Below are positions 1 to 10,889 of a DNA stretch of 64,000 bases, in pieces. This stretch comes from Alphaproteobacteria bacterium. Its GTDB lineage: Bacteria; Pseudomonadota; Alphaproteobacteria; JABAAW01; JAHZMA01. Below the pieces are notes generated by a model that was not told the origin of the DNA, ran no database searches, and saw nothing but the letters and a program-made list of their open reading frames with translations. Position numbers and translations under genes: made by a program. The stretch is taken from the NCBI GenBank assembly GCA_965206365.1, contig CBDBJL010000008.1, positions 268 through 64,267 on the forward strand, given 5' to 3'. Position 1 is the first letter of the stretch; every line of letters starts with the position of its first letter.

Positions 1-280
1 AATGAATTACCATCGCTTGTCCATTAATTTGCACATCCAGAATGTAAGTTTTCGATGTGGATTCGCCATATATTCTCTCCTTTCAGAAAATATTCATTTC
101 CCTTACAAGCCTTTACCAAGCTTGAAATATTTTACTAAAATTAATTAACGCAAAAATTGAATCGAAATAAAAATTTGCCTTAATTGACCAATCAATTCTG
201 GCTCTAAACCAATAATTATGCGCCCAGGGTCGGCTTGATCCCGAGAAACATGGATGGTATTTTTGAAAAGTTCGATGGAA

Positions 281-1608
281 TTAATCAATCCCACGACTCA
301 CCCATTCTTGAGCCAAAGCGAGGATTTCAGCTTTGATATCTTTTGGGCGCACAACACCAACACGAAGCATATCCGTATCATTGCCAATTTTTGCCCGTGG
401 GATACCGAATGGATAACCGATTATTCATCTCGTAGCGAAGCAAATTAATAATGTAAAATACTTCTAGATCGGCAAAACTACGATCACTCACACCACTACT
501 ATTTGTTTTATAGCTTGTCAGTGCACGTTCAAGTGAAAAACTACCATCATTTTGTTGAACTGCCGTTGAAATTCCCTTTCCCAATCAAAATATTGCGCTC
601 TGTGTCCGAAAATCTTTTCTCGGCACTGGTAGGGATAATTCCATCCAATGCAATATATTGCAATGCCCGTGCTGGATCTTGTGCAGTTTCAAAAGCAACT
701 TTTGCCGCATAAATCGCAGCGATAATATATTCTGGCGTTGCGGAAATCACGCAATCCCAAAATACTCTCAAAGCGACTATTGCGACTTGTGGCAAATGTA
801 ATCAAAGCACTATAAAGATCTTTACGTGCTAAAAATTGAATGCCAGGTTTTTGTCGTGTGCCTCCATCACGTTGTTTTTAAAGATTGTTGCCAATATATT
901 TAACAAAGCAAGATCACGACTAAATGGATTCACAATTTCGCTCCACCAAACATCGCCTAAAGCCGCACCCACTATCGTACTATCAACCATGCCACTGCCC
1001 GCTTGATGTTTTGTAATTGCTGCGACAAAACCGATTGGGTTGCTTTCATTATCAGCAATATTAAATTGCGGGATCTCAGTGTCGAAACTAGAGCCCTTAT
1101 GCAGATAAGAAAAACGTACAATATTGCCATCTACCGTAACATTTTCAATAGAAAGATTTTTATCTGCTTGCAAAGCCGTTTGCATTTGCACGGCAATTTC
1201 TGTTGCTGTGCCTTTTACTGTGATCGCTATTTTTTTCCCATAAACATACAAAGTTGTTACTGTGGCTTGCGTAACGGATGTTCCTTCTAAGTTAATTTGC
1301 CAAATAATTTGTGTTCCTGTTGCTGGTTCTGCCAAAGGCAAAGCATAAATTTCTTGATAGGGATTAACCATAAATACGGCATCTAGCATCGTGCTTAGCA
1401 TCGAATTATTGCCAAATAGCTGAGCTTGCGCACCATTATTCACAATGATTGGGGTACCAATTTTTGCCGTTCCTATTGTCGTTTTATGCCCTAACAGCAA
1501 AATTTTATGCGGAAATCCATTCAAGCCCCGTTGTGCCTTACTAGAATTAAATTCTGCAAAACTGCCTGGTAACTTAAAATCCACCGGTATCGTATAAAAA
1601 TTTGTCAT
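281..1608 (-). pseudogene. Phage contractile tail sheath protein (Mu gpL-like), split over four reading frames
   Basis: ORFs 829-1608, 547-795 and 378-584, plus a further frame ending at TAA (plus-strand tta 281-283), read consecutively as one sheath-like protein. N-terminus MTNFYTIPVDFKLPGSFAEFNSS; middle DPARALQYIALDGIIPTSAEKRFSDTERNILI; C-terminus AKIGNDTDMLRVGVVRPKDIKAEILALAQEWVSRGID. Confidence 0.6.
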
Positions 1609-1763
1609 CCACGTTTTCCTTTCTCTTTTACGATCGTGAGATCGCCATCAACAATGCGGCGCGCCCAAAATTCATTCATAATTATATTTGTCTCCTCAAT
1701 GAGGTTATCTCCATTTTCATCGGTAACCTCACGCCCTTTTACGGGTTTAACAATAATTTTCAA
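1605..1763 (-). CDS. Small phage protein, DUF2635-like (TTG start)
   Basis: My translation is (M)KIIVKPVKGREVTDENGDNLIEETNIIMNEFWARRIVDGDLTIVKEKGKRG. The stop overlaps the sheath ATG (ATGA). The W-RR-DGD motif and the position just before the sheath fit DUF2635. Confidence 0.4.
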   Translation of the reverse strand: MKIIVKPVKGREVTDENGDNLIEETNIIMNEFWARRIVDGDLTIVKEKGKRG

Positions 1764-1785
1764 TTTCTTTATTTCCTTTCATTTT

Positions 1786-2321
1786 TCATAAATTTAAAAT
1801 GTCTGAAACATTTTGTGCATGCTGTAACCACCGTAAATTAAAGCCTTGTAAGGGCTCGCTTGGTTGTAAATTTGGCTCTAGGGTAAAAGTACTTTTAAAT
1901 GTTAATTTCCCGGTTGCCAGATGCAAACCATTATCAATTTCTGCGGGCAAAATTTGAAACTCTACTAATCGCAACGGTTCAATTTCTAGCCCCAAAGTTT
2001 GGTTGGTTAACAACCCCGCAGCATCCAACATCATCTGGTAAATTCCAGGATTTGCCTGTTGTCTTACAGCTGTTTGATTTAACAATGATTTTGCCTGTAG
2101 CCATATTTTCAAAAATGGGGGGTAAGATGAATCCCCCCCCCATCATGATAGGGTGCATCTTTATGGCTGGCATTATGCAACCATAAAGCAGGAAATTTAC
2201 GAACTTTGCTTCGAGCGAGTTCACTATCAGCTTTTGCATTTAAAATAGTTAAAACACCATAATCATAACCAAAAACCTGACTTTGTGCCTGTTGAAGCTT
2301 CGCCCGCCATAGCCTCTTCAA
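1786..2321 (-). pseudogene. Mu gp37-like (DUF1834-like) virion protein, one frameshift
   Basis: ORFs 2109-2321 and 1786-2112 abut at a T5/G6/C9 homopolymer cluster (2106-2141) and together give about 178 aa. The gene lies between the gp36-like and DUF2635-like genes. The family call is mostly positional. Confidence 0.35.
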
Positions 2322-2736
2322 TTTCCCCTAGCATGATGCACTCTTTTGCTAGATTATCGGATTTTCTATGCGATCTTTTCAGCTGTATTTGGCTGGGTAA
2401 ATCGCGCCAATCCCATTGCCCTGAGGCAATTGCCCTAAGCATTTCGCGTGCACGCATTTCAGCTTGCTCGACTGCTTTGGGGGGATGAGGTTGAAAATAT
2501 AATGCCCGTACGAGGTCAGCTGCAATTTTCACCCATAAATCAGGACATTCTGGTAAGTTCTGCAAACCCCTTTGGGATAGATAAAAATCCATTTCCGCAT
2601 GGGCATCGGCAATTCTTGCCTGTAACATCTCTGCATCAAGCGTACCTGTTGCCATGGGATCATTACCATGGGTAACTTCGGCAAGCCCAAAGCGGGTAAT
2701 AAGCCCTGCTTGAGTAATATATTGTTTTGCTGACAT
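2263..2736 (-). CDS. DUF1320 (Mu gp36-like) head-tail connector family protein
   Basis: 157-aa ORF starting MSAKQYITQAGLITRFGLAEV, then LQARIADAHAEMDFYL, then PDLWVKIAADLVRALYF. It lies directly downstream of the major capsid gene. The C-terminal tail may be extended by read-through. Confidence 0.5.
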   Translation of the reverse strand: MSAKQYITQAGLITRFGLAEVTHGNDPMATGTLDAEMLQARIADAHAEMDFYLSQRGLQNLPECPDLWVKIAADLVRALYFQPHPPKAVEQAEMRAREMLRAIASGQWDWRDLPSQIQLKRSHRKSDNLAKECIMLGEIEEAMAGEASTGTKSGFWL

Positions 2737-2759
2737 TTCGTTCTCCTTAGTTGCAATGA

Positions 2760-3711
2760 TTACGCGATTACATTTTTCAGCAAATAGCCTGCACGGTTAG
2801 CCGCGGCAACTTCGCGACAACTCAATGTAACTTTAACAATTTCGGCACCATTGAGCCCAGCCCTTTCATCGCGCCCCCGCTTTACCAAAATATCTTCATA
2901 GGTTGCGGTATAGCCCCACGAAACTCCATGGCGCGTTCCAACAACAGGATCGATATGTAGCATCGCAACATGTTTTCCCCAACTGGATGCGAAATTAGCA
3001 GTCTCACCACGGCGTGCCATGTTGATATAGCTGGTTCCCACAAGAATTTCATCAACTTCTAAAAGCCCAGCAAGCTCTTCGCGTCCAACAAATTTTCCAT
3101 TAGAATTACTGCCATATAAAGCACTAATCACTTTGGGATGGTGCCGTAGACGACTCCAAACTTCTTGGCCAATGATGATTTTATTCGGGCGTAAAAGCGG
3201 TTTATCCAAAGCCTCTAACATTGCTTTGATCGGATTGCTACTATCCGTGCTCCAAAGATTAGTTCCCGCAAGAGTGGTCTGCAAATTACTCGCATAATTA
3301 TTCGTATCACTCACTAAATCAGCAAACACGTTTTTCGCGATCCAACTGCAATAAACCGGTAAGATACATTACCGAAGCCATTAAAGGATCGAATCCACGT
3401 GCACTATTTCTTGCTTGCAAAATATCATCTAAGGGAATAGAATCCTCTAATCCATAATCTAAACAAGCATCTACTTTAATGCTGGATTCAAGTGCAATTC
3501 TATTTGCGTATGAGGTTCGCCCGAGTTTCGTATCAGGAACGGTCATAAAAGTTTCATCATCATAAACAATGTAATCAAACTTTTTGGTTCCAACACCAAT
3601 ATGTGGCAACACCTTATCAGCAATCAAACTCGATGCTGGATTTTGATAAGCGACTGCCACGCCTGTCAGTTCTGAATCAATATAAAAAGGGGTTGTGTTT
3701 GGGGTTGTCAT
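2760..3711 (-). pseudogene. Phage major capsid protein, one frameshift
   Basis: ORFs 3319-3711 and 2760-3329 join as LLQLDREK|VFADLVSDTNNY at an A5 run (plus-strand T-run 3331-3335). The combined protein is about 316 aa. It follows a DUF2190 gene, as is typical for this head module. Confidence 0.6.
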
Positions 3712-3729
3712 AGTTGCATCTCCTTTATG

Positions 3730-4089
3730 TTAGGCTTTGCCATGTTGTACAAGCACGCGAATAATTGTATCCGCAGTGATTGCGGAATCTAAAGCGATCC
3801 CGATTACGGCTTTGCCAGTTGTGGCGGTGATAACGCGCGATTGCTCATCCCAATGCAACAGATCGCCATGTAATACGTTTGCACCGACTTTAACTTCAGC
3901 AATACCCATCAATAAGGCATCGGCAAAAGCGTCTTTTTTTAAGTTGCCCCCAGCCAATGCAATTCCAATAGCCTTATCCGCTGATAGTTTCGCAGGTTTT
4001 AATTTGCCTTCGGAATCAAGTGCAACAATGGTTTGTTTCCTTAAATTTTCCTTGGCTTTGAATGCTTTCACAAGCAATTGTTCTGTCAT
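3730..4089 (-). CDS. DUF2190 family head protein (decoration/cement-like)
   Basis: Intact 119-aa ORF, Gly/Ala-rich, containing KAIGIALAGGNLKKDAFADALLMGIAEVKVG. It lies between the scaffold and major capsid genes. Confidence 0.5.
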   Translation of the reverse strand: MTEQLLVKAFKAKENLRKQTIVALDSEGKLKPAKLSADKAIGIALAGGNLKKDAFADALLMGIAEVKVGANVLHGDLLHWDEQSRVITATTGKAVIGIALDSAITADTIIRVLVQHGKA

Positions 4090-5101
4090 TAAATTCTCCT
4101 AGTTTGTTTTGCGTGATAAATTGCCTCCACCATTGTGGCGACATTGCCTTTGGCACGTTCTTGTGCCAAAAATTTACGGGCTTCAGCACCAAGCTGATAG
4201 CCTAAAATACGTGCTTGTTGCTGGCTAGAATGGTGAGTGAAATTCATGGCGGGCATGATCGTTTCACTAAATTCTAACGCACTATTTTTTACTTCCTGTT
4301 GCAGAGCTAAAATCTGTTGAATAAAATTCTTCAGATGATTTTGCTGATCTTCATCTTGTTGTAAATTTTGTAAGAATTCACGACTTTGCTGCAATAATCG
4401 CTCTTTTTGCGCGGGTAGAATACTTCCTGCATCCAAAAAATCATCCAAGAAATCATCAGAAAGAATAGCTTTATCGCCATGTTCTTCCTGAGTATTTCTA
4501 AGTAATTTTCCATCTCTCAAATCCTTGAAACAAACTTCGAACCGGAGTTTTTCCGAAATCTTTTCGTAAATCTCTATTCGTATTGGAATCTTGCTTAGAA
4601 TTATTGGAAATATTTTCTAGACTTGAGTTCATTTCATCGCCTTTCAGTGTCATCGCAAACTCCACATTATCGTGATTGTCTAATTTTTGACTAAATTGCA
4701 CCTGCGATAACCCTTTCACTGCAGGCGCTACCGCGCCTAGGAATCCAACATGGCGAGGATACCAAATGCCCGGTTTTGGATTTTTATCGCTATCAGGGTG
4801 ATAAAAACTCATAGATATTTTACGGTAATAACCTTTTTTAATCGCAGCTTTTAACTCACTGTTAAATTGCGCCGCATGAGCAAATAATTTGCTGCCTTGC
4901 AATGAAAATTTTTTTAATCCAACCAAAAGCAGGTTCATTATCATGCGGATGCCCAATCACGATCGGGGCTTCGCTCATCTTAGGATGATATTGCCGAACC
5001 ATCTGTTTCAGCGCATCATCGCTAATTTCAATTTCTTTTCCAGTTTTATCCTTATGAATACCGCTTCGAAAAACTTCAAATATCGGAAGTGGTTTTTTCA
5101 T
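4089..5101 (-). pseudogene. Prohead protease/scaffold protein (Mu gpI/gpZ-like or P2 gpO-like), two frameshifts
   Basis: Three overlapping ORFs (4862-5101, 4498-4956, 4089-4520) lie in successive frames. N-terminus MKKPLPIFEVFRSGIHKDKTGKEIEISDDALKQMVRQYHPKMSEAPIVIGHP. The C-terminal part is coiled-coil and Q-rich, as expected for a scaffold. Confidence 0.5.
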
Positions 5102-5145
5102 TATCTTACCTTTCTATTTTTGTTAATATTATACATGGTTTTTGT

Positions 5146-6225
5146 TCATGTATTTTCAGTTGTAATTCCAGCATTATGGCCACGAGATAATATCGGGAGA
5201 GGAATGTCTGTACCAAAATTCCACTCACATAACCATTTAACCACCTGTTTGCTAAAACTTTCTGAAATTAAGTCACAATCGGCCTGTACCAATCGACTCC
5301 GCACCCGATCATGAACATTGGCTTGTGCATAGGATCCTCCTTCATCTGTTGTTAGGGTTTGCCCTAAAATTAATTTTGCAATGGAACGATCGGCATGATC
5401 TACCAGCGGGTGATATTCACCATTGCCTGTGCGTTTCGCTTCTAGAAGCTCTAATATCATAGAATCTGGAATCACTGCAGCGGTATCGCGCCGAATATTC
5501 GCTGCTGCTTCTAACAAGGCTTGCTTTTCACTTTCGCGAACTCTGGCAGCTGGGTATTTCCCAATGACTGTTGGGCTCGCATATTTTTCTAAAAATAATT
5601 GCCATTGCTCTAAACAATCATGTTTCATTTTCACGGGTGCATATAACCATTCACATAGGCCCTCTCCTCTAACCTCATCACTAGAGATACCACCTGAGGT
5701 TACGCACCAAAATTTTCTTTCGGGCAAAGCTTGCTTGGTCATCGGCTCGGATGGTGAATTAATATAAAGTTTGCCCTGAATATCAAAATTAAAATGCTGT
5801 GGGTGCCTAGGTTTAATGGCTTCGATCATAATTTTGCCTTGTTTATTCTCCCAAATGATTTCGGCAATACTGTAGCCATAATAACGAGACCACAACATTT
5901 GTTCGGTGATCCTATCAATATCTAATCGGCAAATATTTTGCCAAACAAAATCTGCGATTTCTTTCGCTTTAAGTGTTTCATTGCGCGCAGTGACAAAATA
6001 ATCCAACGCCACGGCATTATAAATACGTTGTTGCATGCATGCCATCACCTGCGGATCTTTTCGAGTTTGCTTGGCTTTATGCCAAAACAAATAATCATTT
6101 TGCGTAGATTGTAGGTGAGTATCGGCAAAGGGCGCGAATGGATTAAGTTTGTGCCATGTGGCAGCACTCATAATTTCACGCGCCTGCTTTTGTGTGGGTT
6201 TCGGCGGAATTGTTGTTGTTGGCAT
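5146..6225 (-). CDS. Phage portal protein, DUF935 (Mu gp29-like), probably C-terminally truncated
   Basis: 359-aa ORF directly downstream of the terminase, containing DPQVMACMQQRIYNAVALDY and YGYSIAEIIWENKQGKIMIEAIKPRHPQHFNFD. No Mu gpF-like gene follows. Confidence 0.55.
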   Translation of the reverse strand: MPTTTIPPKPTQKQAREIMSAATWHKLNPFAPFADTHLQSTQNDYLFWHKAKQTRKDPQVMACMQQRIYNAVALDYFVTARNETLKAKEIADFVWQNICRLDIDRITEQMLWSRYYGYSIAEIIWENKQGKIMIEAIKPRHPQHFNFDIQGKLYINSPSEPMTKQALPERKFWCVTSGGISSDEVRGEGLCEWLYAPVKMKHDCLEQWQLFLEKYASPTVIGKYPAARVRESEKQALLEAAANIRRDTAAVIPDSMILELLEAKRTGNGEYHPLVDHADRSIAKLILGQTLTTDEGGSYAQANVHDRVRSRLVQADCDLISESFSKQVVKWLCEWNFGTDIPLPILSRGHNAGITTENT

Positions 6226-7603
6226 TTATGTTCTCCTTATAAAAAATTCGCTACGCTGAATCCCCTGATAATCAACATGAAAATCATTGGTATTGGCAGC
6301 TTCATTTGCCATTGCCATTGCCCAAAATCGATCTGCATGTCCTTGCTTATGATCTTTGGCATGGCTATTTTTGGCTTTTAATATCGGTAACCCTGATGGG
6401 CTATAGGATAATTGCGGAGTATGTAAATCACGACGCAATTCATCATTGATCGGAATTCGAATAGTTCGGTTTTGAAACCGATATTTCAACAGATTTGCCA
6501 AATGCATTTTACGCGTATGAGTAAAATGAATACCTTCCACTATTGAACCGTATCTATGCTGAGCCTTTTCAAAGGGCATTGCACCCATTCCGGTTGCATC
6601 CATAATCATGCGCACCGGGTTATAGCGCATGATATTTTCATCAAGCAAGGCTTCTTGCTCGGCAAAACTAATATTATGTGCGGTTTCAATATGCCGACAC
6701 CAAAGCGTATCGGCAATATTTTTCTAACACCACAATCGCATATAAATCATGTTTTAAAGAAATATCTACACCCATAAAAAATTCACCTTTATTGCTTTCA
6801 TTAAGAAGGTTCTTGGTTGAAAATTTTTCTGCGCAATGATCATCTTCACATGAAATAATGAGCCCATAATTGAGCCAAGCCTGTTTATCATCAAGCCAGT
6901 TAAGTTCAAATTCTTGTTGCCATAAATAATCATCGCCGGCGCCTCGTCGTAGCATATCAATATTGCGTGGCAAACCTTGTGCAATCGCTTGATGAATATT
7001 AACGATATGGCGCGACCAAATATCAGCTTGCTTTAAGGTGTTGTTTTGATTTTCATTCTGGGTCATCAGTTGATAAAATTTGTTATTTTTCCCAGCTGGA
7101 GTCGATGTAATTCTAATCTTAAATTGTGGCGCAGAGATGATTGGATACAAAGCTTGCCAAACTTTCTGGCTGTTACGATGGAACGCAAATTCGTCTAAAT
7201 ATAAATTGGCTGAAAACCCTCGGGCAGCATCTGCATTTGCCGGTAAAGCCGTAATGCGTGAACCACCTGGCAAACATATTTCATTGGCTGAGAAAATTAA
7301 TTTTTGCTTTGCTAAATCAGCCGATATGGGGAGTAATGCACAATAGGCTTTGGCAAATGGTTTTAAGTAATTTTCGATCATTTCACGAGCCTGACGCTCA
7401 CCGCGCGACAAAATAATCCAGCGTGTTTTCTGTCCGGCTAATTCAGCATTTAAACAATCCTGTAAAATTTCGGCAGCATTGATAAGCGTTTTTCCAGTTT
7501 GCCGTGCAAACATACCAATTTTAAATCTATTTTTATCCAAAAGCCATTTTCGTTGATAGGGCAAAAAATTGATCAAGGGTTTCATTGTTGGCATTTTATT
7601 CAT
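6226..7603 (-). pseudogene. Terminase large subunit, one frameshift
   Basis: ORFs 6686-7603 and 6226-6648 are joined by a third frame reading NIADTLWCRHIETAHNISFAEQEALLDENIMRYNP. The break is at an A5 run (plus-strand T-run about 6719-6723). Walker-A-like ARQTGKT sits near the N-terminus. Confidence 0.7.
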
Positions 7604-8151
7604 TGGGCTGGCTTTTCTTTCGGGTTTTCTATCGTTATATCCGTAGAAATAAGGTTAGTTTCATCTGCTTGCTTCGCCTCTTTCGCGCAATTATATTGTT
7701 CGTCGCCCAACAACCCCAAAGCCAGCATCGCTTGCTTGATGGCATGAGTTGAAGATGTTGATTTTGACAATTTTGGCGGTATCATTTTTTCATTCATTAA
7801 AATAATTTCTTTCAATGCCCGAGCTAAATGTACAGTATCAGCAGGTTTTAATTCCTGCCCTTGAATATCGCTAAGCAATAATTTCAGGATCAAATCTTGA
7901 AGCAATTCATAATTTAAGCGTAATTTTGCTCCTCCCTTTGCGGTTTTCGAATAGCCCGTTGCCAAGCTAGAAATTTTCTTTGATTCCTCTAATTTCAGTG
8001 CCAAAAATTGCAGATCAAGAACCGGTAAATCATGACAATCAGATAAATTAAGATTGTTAACCTTGACTTTTCTATGAGAGGTTTTCTTCAGCAAAGCCGT
8101 ATCTTGAACCGCTTGTTTTTCAACTTCTGTATTTAAATCAGTGTTTTTCAT
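7600..8151 (-). CDS. Possible terminase small subunit or other phage protein (positional call)
   Basis: 183-aa ORF whose stop overlaps the terminase large-subunit start (ATGA). I recognise no diagnostic motif. Confidence 0.3.
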   Translation of the reverse strand: MKNTDLNTEVEKQAVQDTALLKKTSHRKVKVNNLNLSDCHDLPVLDLQFLALKLEESKKISSLATGYSKTAKGGAKLRLNYELLQDLILKLLLSDIQGQELKPADTVHLARALKEIILMNEKMIPPKLSKSTSSTHAIKQAMLALGLLGDEQYNCAKEAKQADETNLISTDITIENPKEKPAQ

Positions 8152-8432
8152 GAATGAATTCCTGAAATCTTCAGTAAATTTTCTGCAGCATCCCGCCCAC
8201 GTCGCCTAATATAAACAATAATCAACCCATCGAGGGTTTTGATATGAAGCAATTTTCTTTCTTCAAGCATCTGCAAATCTTGCAAAAATTCTTCATAGGC
8301 AACAGCATGCCCTAAAGATTTTCAGTGCCGTTTCTAACCACAGCCTCCATTCACGCTTCCCTGAGGAATATTGGCTAATATTTTTAAAATTGAAAGCCGA
8401 CGATCTGCGGTTAAATAATCGTTAAACTTCAT
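8148..8432 (-). pseudogene. Small winged-helix-like phage protein carrying in-frame TAG and TGA (or two compensating indels)
   Basis: My translation is MKFNDYLTADRRLSILKILANIPQGSVNGGCG*KRH*KSLGHAVAYEEFLQDLQMLEERKLLHIKTLDGLIIVYIRRRGRDAAENLLKISGIHS. The stop overlaps the next gene's ATG. Confidence 0.35.
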
Positions 8433-8495
8433 TTTTGATGCTCCAAAAGATAATTTTCAATGCGTTTCACAGCATCATTAATTGAGTGTAATTGC

Positions 8496-8747
8496 TCATT
8501 TTGTGCTTTTTGTGTGGCTTTGATCGCCGATATTTTCAGCGCAAGGCGATGTAAAATCAATTCGAGATGCACATTTCTCTTCCACCAAAGCAATGAATTT
8601 TTCATTACTAATCACTCTATTTTCTAACCCGCGTAAATCATCTTTTGATGCGGTAAGTTTCTTAAGTGACCATAATCCCCATAGTGCCAAAATTGTCATT
8701 ATCGATGAAATCGGTCGCCATAAAGTAACAAAATCACGCCATTCCAT
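8496..8747 (-). CDS. Hypothetical small membrane protein (phage)
   Basis: 83-aa ORF with one hydrophobic helix (ISSIMTILALWGLWSL) followed by a helical segment. Confidence 0.3.
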   Translation of the reverse strand: MEWRDFVTLWRPISSIMTILALWGLWSLKKLTASKDDLRGLENRVISNEKFIALVEEKCASRIDFTSPCAENIGDQSHTKSTK

Positions 8748-8750
8748 TGA

Positions 8751-8954
8751 TTATGTTTCCCTTCCTAAATGTAAAGATGGGGTTGCTACTTTCTCAACGA
8801 TCCCGCAAGATTGAATACAATGCACTCTACCCAGATCATAAAAGGCTTCACCGCCACAATGATGGCAAGTAATGGGTTGCTTTTTCATAAATGCTAATGG
8901 CTCTGCCCAACCACTCATCTCTAAATTCATTTCAGCAAAATCGGCATTATCCAT
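8751..8954 (-). CDS. Hypothetical zinc-ribbon-like phage protein
   Basis: 67-aa ORF with C-x2-C (CHHC) and C-x3-C (CIQSC) pairs. Confidence 0.3.
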   Translation of the reverse strand: MDNADFAEMNLEMSGWAEPLAFMKKQPITCHHCGGEAFYDLGRVHCIQSCGIVEKVATPSLHLGRET

Positions 8955-9184
8955 GGTAGACTCCTTTTATCTTGATTTTTTGGTATTACGCTTTTTCACA
9001 TAATTGCTATAAATTTCCTGATTCATCATATCTTGCTGCGCCCGTCGTAGCGATATTTCCAATAAATGTGTATTAATCTTATCATTCGGTGAAAAAGTTG
9101 ATTTTTTTGCATCAGCGAAACATTTTTTAACAATTTTCATGATCAAAGTTAAAAAGGTTGAATTCATAAATTTTATCTCCTAAC

Positions 9185-9711
9185 GTATCCAAAGGTAATC
9201 TTAATATCGGCAGGCAATCTTCGCTGTAGGTAACAAAGCAGAACTGGGTCGTTTACTGTTGTTAGCAATCTTTCCGAAGCGCGAACCTCCCCAGCTCGGG
9301 CGTATTGGAACTGCACTTCGCTATGGTAAATTTTTAATTGCGCCGCTCCGATTTCATTTGCGTAGGCATTGGAGTCGATTTTTTTTTAAAAATTGATTTA
9401 GCCAGCTTGAGGTTGTTGTTTTGCGCTCAAAAAGTCCGCATTAAAATGTTGCGCCGCCTAAGTGCGTCATTATTGCTAATTTGCAAGCAATGATCTGGTA
9501 GACCTGTATCTGCTTCCCATTCGCTCAATAATGCACAAGCACTTTGTGGGTTGAGGTTGATTTTAAATTCTTGGAATTTCCGATAAAGCGTATCCAACTC
9601 ATCACCCAATGCAAGAGCAAAACTTTGAATGTAATGATCATTAGGATTCCATACGGCTCCTTGCGGTAAAAGTTGAACGAACATGTCTCGATAACGCATA
9701 ATTTGGGTCAT
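9185..9711 (-). pseudogene. Baseplate/tail protein of the DUF2313 (Mu gp48-like) family, frameshifted
   Basis: ORF 9427-9711 starts MTQIMRYRDMFVQLLPQGAVWNP and contains LLSEWEADTGLPD. Another frame downstream reads YHSEVQFQYARAGEVRASERLLTTVNDPVLLCYLQRRLPADIKITFGY, which resembles the usual C-terminus. Confidence 0.5.
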
Positions 9712-9713
9712 AA

Positions 9714-10178
9714 TTAAATTAACCTTTCATAATGATTGCCATCAAAAGTTAAAAACATACCACGATTATCATCAGGATTGGGCATTAGCTGAATATGCAC
9801 CCAACCTGATTGCGCTTTGTTTTTTTGATAATATTCTAAAATAATTTTGTCGTAATCTAGATATTCACTACACCAAATTGCAAAATCATAATTATCCCAA
9901 CCCAGCAATTCCAAATCAACAGCAAGCCCTTGCGTATGAAAACTATTTTTGGCACCCCCAATAAAATTATTTAACTCAGCAGAGCGGTACCAACTTTGTG
10001 GAGAAAAAGGCTCACCATATTCATCGCGAATTGGTTCTAAAATATTTTGTGCCATAATCTCTAAATTATTGTTCAAATTCTCGGGGGCTTGATTATGAAT
10101 ATGATTGCGCAAGGCTACGTGGCTTTTATTAGCCTCATTTATGTTAAAATGATCTGAAATATACATTATTTTCTCCAT
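9714..10178 (-). CDS. Peptidase M15-family cell-wall hydrolase (phage endolysin-like), intact
   Basis: 154-aa ORF containing SWYRSAELNNFIGGAKNSFHTQGLAVDL. This matches the S-x-YRS...GG...S-x-H...G-x-A-x-D pattern of M15 D-Ala-D-Ala/L-Ala-D-Glu peptidases. Confidence 0.6.
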   Translation of the reverse strand: MEKIMYISDHFNINEANKSHVALRNHIHNQAPENLNNNLEIMAQNILEPIRDEYGEPFSPQSWYRSAELNNFIGGAKNSFHTQGLAVDLELLGWDNYDFAIWCSEYLDYDKIILEYYQKNKAQSGWVHIQLMPNPDDNRGMFLTFDGNHYERLI

Positions 10179-10193
10179 CGTAATTTATTAAAT

Positions 10194-10704
10194 TTATGTC
10201 TGTATTTTTTTAGCAAGCTGGGCTTCTCGTATTTGACAAGCTGGGCATTGATAAAAAACTTTTTGTTTCTTGTTTTTGCTTTCACGAATCGCCATATGGG
10301 CAATTGATCTATCTGTGCGTGCCAATAATGCAATCTCAATAACAGTTTTTTCTGGATAGGCATCGCATAATGCAATTGCCGTGTATATTTTCGGAAACTA
10401 ATTTATTTTTTTTGGGGAAATGAATATAAAGCCCCCCCATTTCTGCAGATAATTTCTGAAGGGAATTGATGCCAATAACCCTTGCAAGTGGGTGCTTTGC
10501 GGTAGCTAAAGTTGGAACATAAAATGCGTTTTTTATTTCGCGCTGATTATGCCACCGAATTAACCGCAATAAATTATGAATCCCGATAATATTTGCGATG
10601 CTACTTAAATTTGGATTCAAATAGGGATACGAATTTACTGGACGCCCGACGCCTCGATAAATTATTTCTTTTTCTCTGTGTTCTTTTCTCATTTTTGCTA
10701 TCAC
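10194..10704 (-). pseudogene. Mor-like phage transcription activator, one frameshift
   Basis: ORF 10336-10704 ends with GGLYIHFPKKNKL (compare Mor GGxxxYIP). A third frame continues YTAIALCDAYPEKTVIEIALLARTDRSIAHMAIRESKNKK (HTH-like) to TAA (plus-strand tta 10194-10196). Confidence 0.35.
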
Positions 10705-10889
10705 CTAATATGTTTCCGGTAGAATGTTTTTCATAACTCACCATAACTTAAAAAAAGAAGAATGGTTAAAGTATTCACCATTTGTTCACCAATTTCTTAA
10801 AAAACCCTTGTTTTTCATAGCTTTCCGTGTCATCATTCTTTCCTTTTTTTCTCACTTATTTTTGCAAATTTTGAATATTTTTTTAGATT

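Noticed and set aside
1-69. Possible N-terminus of a phage tail tube gene on the minus strand, downstream of the sheath
   Set aside because: Only about 23 codons are visible. The ATG at 69 is out of frame with the more plausible GESTSKTYILDVQINGQAMVIH reading. That is too little sequence to support a call.
4530-4560. TCCGGTTCGAAG, a T-loop-like string on the minus strand suggesting a tRNA
   Set aside because: No flanking acceptor, D or anticodon stems can be drawn, and it lies inside the phage scaffold coding sequence.
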